14,937 nt of DNA, taken from the NCBI GenBank assembly GCA_030141605.1, contig JAQGDQ010002512.1, forward strand, positions 1 to 14,937, read 5' to 3'. Below the pieces are notes generated by a model. It searched no databases. It was not told the DNA's origin and was given only the letters and a program-made list of their open reading frames with translations. The first letter of the stretch is position 1; every line of letters begins with the position of its first letter. Source of the stretch: Tubiluchus corallicola. Its lineage: Eukaryota > Animalia > Priapulida. Below are positions 9,265-14,937 of this stretch, one piece after another. The position numbers and the translations under genes were made by a program.

Positions 9265-9570
9265 TGTTGCTTCACTACTTATTCAAAGTAGCTTAAAGTT
9301 AAACATTTTTTTAATTATATTAATATTAAAAAAACAAAATACACACCCTGAACCCTTTGCAAAATTCATCCTTTTACTTATACTTCCGTCAAAACTCTCT
9401 CCAATCTTCAAAACCTTCACTATATATGCAAGCTTAAAGCTTTCTTTGATTCTTCTCACTCTGAACCAATTCTTTCGCCTTGCAAAATCTCCCCCTTTAT
9501 AAATATAAACATCTGGTACATATTTCCTAAATTCTTAAATAGTTAAAAATAAAAAAAACATTTTAGTTTC

Positions 9571-9603
9571 TTTGTGCGTAAAAATCGCTTAATAGTAACT
9601 TTG
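9571..9603 (+). promoter_or_regulatory. Bacteroidota sigmaA promoter for lysE copy 1
   Basis: TTTG (9571-9574), 21-nt spacer, TAACTTTG (9596-9603). Lies outside the duplicated unit. Confidence 0.7.
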
Positions 9604-9608
9604 GGGGT

Positions 9609-10241
9609 ATGAATTATGAAATGTTTTTAAAATGCTTTTTTATTGGTATAGCTGTCTCAATACCATTGGGCCCCATTGCTGTACTATGCGTTCAGAGAAC
9701 AGTGAATAAAGGCTGGAAGTCAGGATTTGTATCAGGGCTTGGTGCAGCCTCTTCCGACGCCGTTTACGCAATTATAGCAGGCCTTAGCCTTACATTCATT
9801 ATTGACTTTATTAAACGGCATGAACTGGCTTTTCATATTATAGCCTTTGTTATGCTTATCTTTTTGGGAATACTCATCTTTCTATCAAACCCTGTAAAAG
9901 ATATTCAAAGATTTAGAAAAAAGGGCTCCACTTACTTTCAGGATTACCTGATCACTCTATTTTTAACACTGTCAAACCCATTGGCAGTGTTTGTTTTTAT
10001 AGCAATTTTTGCAAGCTCCGATGTAGCTATGAACATATCTGACATTGTGCACTCTTTTCTGGTAGTTGGAGCCATTTTTTTAGGGGCAGCATTTTGGTGG
10101 CTTATTGTTGCAGGAGTTATAAATGCGTTCCGCCATAAACTAAGACTCAGAGTTATGTGGTGGGCCAATAAAATAGCAGGACTGTTAATTATACTACTTG
10201 CTATTGTGGCATTTCTCTATCTGCAAGCTACAGCATCTTGA
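9609..10241 (+). CDS. LysE/RhtB family amino-acid exporter (intact copy)
   Basis: 210 aa, about 6 hydrophobic segments; PLGP motif, GFVSGLGAASSDAVY, LTLSNP. Confidence 0.9.
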   Translation: MNYEMFLKCFFIGIAVSIPLGPIAVLCVQRTVNKGWKSGFVSGLGAASSDAVYAIIAGLSLTFIIDFIKRHELAFHIIAFVMLIFLGILIFLSNPVKDIQRFRKKGSTYFQDYLITLFLTLSNPLAVFVFIAIFASSDVAMNISDIVHSFLVVGAIFLGAAFWWLIVAGVINAFRHKLRLRVMWWANKIAGLLIILLAIVAFLYLQATAS

Positions 10242-10334
10242 CTATTCCCCCCTCCTGTGCCCCAAACATGCACTACTGAAATGGCCTAGATACCAACACT
10301 GGCTGCAACCGCATACAAGATAATAGCCATAAAA

Positions 10335-10459
10335 TTAATCACACAACGGAGAACCGGGCTCTTTGGCCATATGGCTGTATGTTAGCCTGTCCAACAGTGA
10401 TGGAAACAACTTTCCAAGCATAACGGTAACCTTACCTTCAAGAAATGTGAGCACAAGCT
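10335..10459 (-). pseudogene. Duplicated 3' fragment of the SDR gene (last 40 codons), fused in frame to junction sequence as a 60-aa ORF 10335..10517
   Basis: LVLTFLEGKV...PGSPLCD is identical to the C-terminus of 11176..11982. Confidence 0.9.
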
Positions 10460-10535
10460 TGAACGCATAGCACATGGGGCCCAATGGTATAGCTGTCTCA
10501 ATACCATTGGGCCCCATTGCTGTACTATGCGTTCA
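10460..10535. repeat. Fold-back inverted repeat / hairpin at the duplication junction
   Basis: 10474-10490 atggggcccaatggtat pairs perfectly with 10501-10517 ataccattgggccccat around a 10-nt loop. 10460-10470 tgaacgcatag pairs with 10525-10535 ctatgcgttca. Confidence 0.95.
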
Positions 10536-11082
10536 GAGAACAGTGAATAAAGGCTGGAAGTCAGGATTTGTATCAGGGCTTGGTGCAGCCTCTTCCGACG
10601 CCGTTTACGCAATTATAGCAGGCCTTAGCCTTACATTCATTATTGACTTTATTAAACGGCATGAACTGGCTTTTCATATTATAGCCTTTGTTATGCTTAT
10701 CTTTTTGGGAATACTCATCTTTCTATCAAACCCTGTAAAAGATATTCAAAGATTTAGAAAAAAGGGCTCCACTTACTTTCAGGATTACCTGATCACTCTA
10801 TTTTTAACACTGTCAAACCCATTGGCAGTGTTTGTTTTTATAGCAATTTTTGCAAGCTCCGATGTAGCTATGAACATATCTGACATTGTGCACTCTTTTC
10901 TGGTAGTTGGAGCCATTTTTTTAGGGGCAGCATTTTGGTGGCTTATTGTTGCAGGAGTTATAAATGCGTTCCGCCATAAACTAAGACTCAGAGTTATGTG
11001 GTGGGCCAATAAAATAGCAGGACTGTTAATTATACTACTTGCTATTGTGGCATTTCTCTATCTGCAAGCTACAGCATCTTGA
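10474..11082 (+). CDS. Second LysE copy with a junction-derived N-terminus (MGPN replaces MNYEMFLKCFFI); expression uncertain
   Basis: Identical to copy 1 from GIAVSIPLGP onward. The ATG comes from the inverted insert and lies inside the hairpin stem. The native promoter was not duplicated. Confidence 0.55.
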   Translation: MGPNGIAVSIPLGPIAVLCVQRTVNKGWKSGFVSGLGAASSDAVYAIIAGLSLTFIIDFIKRHELAFHIIAFVMLIFLGILIFLSNPVKDIQRFRKKGSTYFQDYLITLFLTLSNPLAVFVFIAIFASSDVAMNISDIVHSFLVVGAIFLGAAFWWLIVAGVINAFRHKLRLRVMWWANKIAGLLIILLAIVAFLYLQATAS

Positions 11083-11175
11083 CTATTCCCCCCTCCTGTG
11101 CCCCAAACATGCACTACTGAAATGGCCTAGATACCAACACTGGCTGCAACCGCATACAAGATAATAGCCATAAAA

Positions 11176-11982
11176 TTAATCACACAACGGAGAACCGGGC
11201 TCTTTGGCCATATGGCTGTATGTTAGCCTGTCCAACAGTGATGGAAACAACTTTCCAAGCATAACGGTAACCTTACCTTCAAGAAATGTGAGCACAAGCT
11301 CTCTCCTGCGCTTTTTAACTGCCTTTACAATATGTCTTGCACACTCCTCAGCGCTCATCATCTTGCTTTCATCCCGTGGTGTCTCCTCCTGGGTGCTACC
11401 ATCGGCAGTTAAAGCAGTTTTGCGCACCTCTGAAGATGTGAATCCGGGAGCAGCGACTAGCACATGTAGCCCCTTATTAAGATTCTCTATACGGATAGTA
11501 TCTAAAAAGCCACGAACTGCAAACTTAGAAGCAGAATAAGCTGTACGCCCTGGAAGACCTACATATCCGGCAATTGAGATAATACCGACAAGCGAGCCTT
11601 TTGACTCCAGAAGATATGGAAGTGCATGCTTTGTACAATATACTGTCCCATAAAAATTTACATCCATTACCCGATGCATAACTTTAATATCCAGATCATC
11701 AAACAAAGCACGCATAGAGATGCCGGCATTATTAATAAGGGCATCAATGCGTCCAAACTTATCTATAGTTTTATCAATTAATAACTTGCAGTCCTGCTCT
11801 ATAGAAACATCTGTTTGCACTGTCAGAACCTCAGTAAAAGACAACTCACTCTTTAGGGCTTTCAAACGCTTCATGCGGCGCGCTCCCAACACTAGCTTTG
11901 CCCCCTTTAATGCAAACTCTTTTGCCAACGCATACCCTATGCCGGAAGATGCTCCGGTGATAATTACAACTCTGCCTTTCAT
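11176..11982 (-). CDS. Classical short-chain dehydrogenase/reductase (DHRS7/11beta-HSD-like subfamily)
   Basis: TGASSGIG nucleotide-binding motif, NNAG, catalytic YSASK. Confidence 0.93.
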   Translation of the reverse strand: MKGRVVIITGASSGIGYALAKEFALKGAKLVLGARRMKRLKALKSELSFTEVLTVQTDVSIEQDCKLLIDKTIDKFGRIDALINNAGISMRALFDDLDIKVMHRVMDVNFYGTVYCTKHALPYLLESKGSLVGIISIAGYVGLPGRTAYSASKFAVRGFLDTIRIENLNKGLHVLVAAPGFTSSEVRKTALTADGSTQEETPRDESKMMSAEECARHIVKAVKKRRRELVLTFLEGKVTVMLGKLFPSLLDRLTYSHMAKEPGSPLCD

Positions 11983-12155
11983 ACCTTTTGGATAACATAT
12001 AATTTATTGAAATTCAGTAAATATATCAATAAAATATAAATGAACAGTTAACACACAAAAAAACCGTTAAACAACCGATTGTAATTAATAACTGTAAGCA
12101 AAATAGATTTGGCCATCGTAATTCATTACATTCAGGAAGTTTCATGTTATTTGTT

Positions 12156-12163
12156 TATATTTG
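12156..12163 (+). promoter_or_regulatory. Putative -7 element TATATTTG for the small ORF-TonB receptor unit (second candidate TAGATTTG at 12104-12111)
   Basis: Matches TAnnTTTG 60 nt upstream of ATG 12224. No clean -33 box. Confidence 0.45.
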
Positions 12164-12223
12164 ACAACTAATACAAAATAACTTTATCTCTATAATAGTG
12201 GTAAACCCAGATAGACTTTCAAT

Positions 12224-12577
12224 ATGTTTTTTTACGGCTCAATAGCTTCCCATCTACCCTTTCTTGCTTTGGCTATTTTCTATATTCTGGGACTAATCAC
12301 GTTTAGAGTGCATATAGCCGAAGAGGAAAAAGTAGAAAGCAGCTTGTTGAAGCAACCCTCTATAGAAGAGGTAAACCGTATTAATAGCACGGAAAGCTGT
12401 AGCCACAACATAGAAAGTACGGAAATAATAGAGGTGGCACCACTCCTCACTCACTTTTATGCAGATAAAAGGTCACTTCACACAACCAAGCAAAACTCCC
12501 CCTATTGCCAGCTTTACTCAGTGATAACCACAGAGATACCATACTCTCTTTTTCCTATACCGCCACCCTCAATTTGA
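12224..12577 (+). CDS. 117-aa hypothetical protein with an N-terminal TM helix and C-terminal PIPPP; candidate regulatory leader of the TonB receptor
   Basis: Hydrophobic LPFLALAIFYILGLITF (res ~11-27), polar linker with His/Cys, ends YSLFPIPPPSI*. Fills an otherwise non-coding gap, co-oriented with the receptor. Confidence 0.7.
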   Translation: MFFYGSIASHLPFLALAIFYILGLITFRVHIAEEEKVESSLLKQPSIEEVNRINSTESCSHNIESTEIIEVAPLLTHFYADKRSLHTTKQNSPYCQLYSVITTEIPYSLFPIPPPSI

Positions 12578-12706
12578 AAACAGTTATTTAAAGCTAAAAC
12601 AGTTGTGCCGCCTGTAGTGAGATTACGCTCTACCGGCTGTTACATTGTAGCTATAGCCATTATATTAACTCCTTATGAAACAGTAAATAATCAAAAATAT
12701 AAATAA

Positions 12707-14821
12707 ATGAAAATAAAATACATAATACTTCCTATAGCTCTTTTGCTATCCATCGGGTCCGTTATGGCACAGGAAATCAGAATACTTACAGATACGATAG
12801 ACACCTCCAAAATTGAATTGGATGAGATAACAGTGAAATCGCCTAAAGAGTACTCTAATAAAAAAGAGGTACCTGCCTCTATATCGATCATCTCATCACA
12901 GAAGATAGAATATAACGAGGTTCAAAGCTTGTCGGATATTTCATCCATGGCACCAAACCTTTTTGTACTTGACTACGGCTCAAAACTACAATCACCTGTA
13001 TTTATCCGTGGCATTGGCTCAAAACTTGGCTCTCCATCTGTGGGACTGTATGTCGATAACATTCCTTACTATGAGAAAAGCACTTTTGGGTTCGATTTTT
13101 TTGATATAGACCGAATCGAGGTTTTAAGAGGACCTCAGGGAACACTGTATGGACGAAACACGATGGGGGGAATCATTAACATTTACACCAAGTCACCCTC
13201 TCACTATGATGGCACCAAGATATCTGTAACTGGGGGTAATTACAACTATCTACGCGCAAACATAAACCACTATAATAAAATAAATGATAAGATCAGCTTC
13301 TCACTAGGAGGAAACTTTCTTATGCGCGATGGATACTTTGTAAATGCGTACAATGACGAGCCTGTAGATAATATAAAATCAGGTAGTGGTAGGGGCAGAT
13401 TAGTATGGGATATGTCTGATCGTCTTTCAATGGAATTTATCGCCTCCTTTGAGCTTAGCAAGCAGTATGGATTTCCATATGCAGTCCACAATGATGAATC
13501 CGGGCAAACAGAGGAGATAAACTATAACCAGGATAGCCATTATGAGCAGGATGTGCTGTCGGGTGGACTATCTTTAAAATACAGGCACGATGTATTTGAC
13601 CTTATCTCCACAACCAGTTACCAGTTCAATGATGGGGAAATGGCAGTTGACCAGGATTTTACTTCTGACTCAATCCTCTTCCTTGTTACTGCTGATAAGC
13701 GTAATATGATGTCTCAGGAGGTAATGCTAAAGTCCACAACACACTCCAGGTATAATTGGCTCTTGGGAGCGTATGGGTTCTACCAGTCATCAAAACAGCC
13801 TACCATTGTAAACTTATATGGTGCTCCTCCTTTTGTTCCGGCTATTATGCAGGATGTTTTCAACAACTTTGAAAGCTTTGGTTTTGCCCTTTTTCATCAG
13901 TCCACATTAAACGATATCCTTATAAAAAATCTTTCCTTGGATGCAGGCATCAGGCTTGATATTGAAAATGACGCCTTAGATCATACACTTGACCTTACTG
14001 TCAATGATATCCCTATGCCGGGAATAGACACCACTTTCCAGGAAGGATTTATGGAAATTCTACCCAAAGTGGCACTAAAGTATAAAGTAGGACAACACTC
14101 AAATATTTACGCTACTGCAACAAAGGGATATAAAGCTGGGGGATATAATACCAATGTTACAGAAATTGATAAAGACAATATCTACTACGGCCCTGAAAAT
14201 AGTTGGAACTATGAGCTGGGAGCTAAGGTGTCGTTGGCCGGTAACAGATTGCATATTGACGCTGCTCTATTCTATATCGACTGGACAAAACAACAAATAG
14301 ATGTGCCTGCATCTCTTGGGCAGGGTATGATGAAAACCAACGCCGGTAAATCTATATCCAAAGGTGGTGAGTTATTTGTAAGAGCACTACCCGCTACAAA
14401 CTGGATAGCAACCATAAGCTATGGCTATACTCATGCAAAATTTGTAGAGTACATTGCAGGTGAAAATTTAAATTACAATGACAACTTTATCCCTTACGTT
14501 CCACGTTATGTTGTAAATGGCAGCCTCAGTAAAGTATTTGTATTCAATAACGGAAGCGTGCTGGACAAGCTGATTGCCAATATCAATTACCGTGGAGCAG
14601 GGAAGTTCTTCTGGAATGTTGAAAATACAGCCTCTCAGGGGTATTATGGATTGCTTGACGCAAAGCTATCCTTTATAAAAAATAGACTTCAACTGGATAT
14701 ATGGGGAAAGAACCTATCAAACGCAGACTATAATTCATACTGGTTCGAGATTGAAGATGTATCGTATATACAAGATGGAAGGCCTTTGACATTTGGAGCA
14801 AACTTGCTTGTGAAATTTTAG
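12707..14821 (+). CDS. TonB-dependent outer-membrane receptor (FyuA/CirA-like, non-SusC)
   Basis: Signal peptide ...SVMA|Q; TonB-box-like LDEITV; plug motif IDRIEVLRGPQGTLYGRNTMGGIINI; GYKAGG and PENSWNYELG barrel motifs; C-terminal Phe. Confidence 0.93.
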   Translation: MKIKYIILPIALLLSIGSVMAQEIRILTDTIDTSKIELDEITVKSPKEYSNKKEVPASISIISSQKIEYNEVQSLSDISSMAPNLFVLDYGSKLQSPVFIRGIGSKLGSPSVGLYVDNIPYYEKSTFGFDFFDIDRIEVLRGPQGTLYGRNTMGGIINIYTKSPSHYDGTKISVTGGNYNYLRANINHYNKINDKISFSLGGNFLMRDGYFVNAYNDEPVDNIKSGSGRGRLVWDMSDRLSMEFIASFELSKQYGFPYAVHNDESGQTEEINYNQDSHYEQDVLSGGLSLKYRHDVFDLISTTSYQFNDGEMAVDQDFTSDSILFLVTADKRNMMSQEVMLKSTTHSRYNWLLGAYGFYQSSKQPTIVNLYGAPPFVPAIMQDVFNNFESFGFALFHQSTLNDILIKNLSLDAGIRLDIENDALDHTLDLTVNDIPMPGIDTTFQEGFMEILPKVALKYKVGQHSNIYATATKGYKAGGYNTNVTEIDKDNIYYGPENSWNYELGAKVSLAGNRLHIDAALFYIDWTKQQIDVPASLGQGMMKTNAGKSISKGGELFVRALPATNWIATISYGYTHAKFVEYIAGENLNYNDNFIPYVPRYVVNGSLSKVFVFNNGSVLDKLIANINYRGAGKFFWNVENTASQGYYGLLDAKLSFIKNRLQLDIWGKNLSNADYNSYWFEIEDVSYIQDGRPLTFGANLLVKF

Positions 14822-14838
14822 AAGCTATATACAGTAAT

Positions 14839-14888
14839 AAAAAGCCCTTCTAGCCTGAATAATAAATGCAGGCTAGAGGGCTCTCCTT
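14839..14888. terminator. Rho-independent terminator-like hairpin after the TonB receptor, possibly bidirectional
   Basis: agcccttctagcctg (14843-14857) pairs with caggctagagggct (14869-14882), 14 bp with a 1-nt bulge. A-tract on the left gives a U-tail on the minus strand; the tail on plus is weak. Confidence 0.75.
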
Positions 14889-14937
14889 ATAGCTGAAAGG
14901 ACACTGTTTCACAAAGTGTGTAAACTAAAAAAATGCC

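Larger units (their letters stand above)
9644..11300. repeat. 816-bp direct duplication (9644..10459 = 10485..11300) separated by a 25-bp inverted insert (10460..10484)
   Basis: Offset 841. Both copies begin tggtatagctgtctc and end gagcacaagct. No differences seen between the copies. Confidence 0.97.

Noticed and set aside
10460-10535. Hairpin as an IS/MITE end, attC site, REP or CRISPR repeat
   Set aside because: Both arms derive from ordinary lysE coding sequence, it occurs once, and there is no target-site duplication, transposase, integrase or cas gene.
12040-12223. Fur box or riboswitch upstream of the TonB unit
   Set aside because: No recognisable GATAATGATAATCATTATC-like site and no cobalamin or TPP riboswitch motifs by eye; an Rfam search would be needed to exclude them fully.
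6434-13491. Antisense/shadow ORFs within U32, rdgB, kinase, lysE, SDR and TonB genes, including 10382..10612
   Set aside because: Typical opposite-strand or off-frame shadows of well-supported genes, with no independent evidence.

Overview
AT-rich bacterial chromosomal region, very probably Bacteroidota (TTTG-N20/21-TAnnTTTG promoters, no obvious Shine-Dalgarno sites, signal peptide ending in A|Q). Gene content is mostly ordinary: a 925-aa membrane-anchored DUF3352-like/beta-propeller protein, a U32-family Fe-S protein (TrhP/PrtC-like), RdgB, a receiver-histidine kinase hybrid, a LysE-family exporter, an SDR, a small membrane protein and a TonB-dependent receptor. Three things stand out. (1) A near-identical tandem duplication of the 925-aa gene with a 2946-bp period; its junction places a TAAATTTG -7 promoter box in front of the left copy only. 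(2) An 816-bp duplication of lysE plus the SDR 3' end, joined by a 25-bp fold-back (inverted) insert that forms a long hairpin and two overlapping opposite-strand ORFs both starting MGPNGI. (3) A TM-anchored 117-aa ORF ending in PIPPPSI just upstream of the TonB receptor, resembling CruR/RAPP-type ribosome-arrest leaders. No transposase, integrase, CRISPR, tRNA or rRNA was recognised. Both duplications could be real or could be amplification/assembly chimeras; read-level data are needed. All alignments were done by eye.
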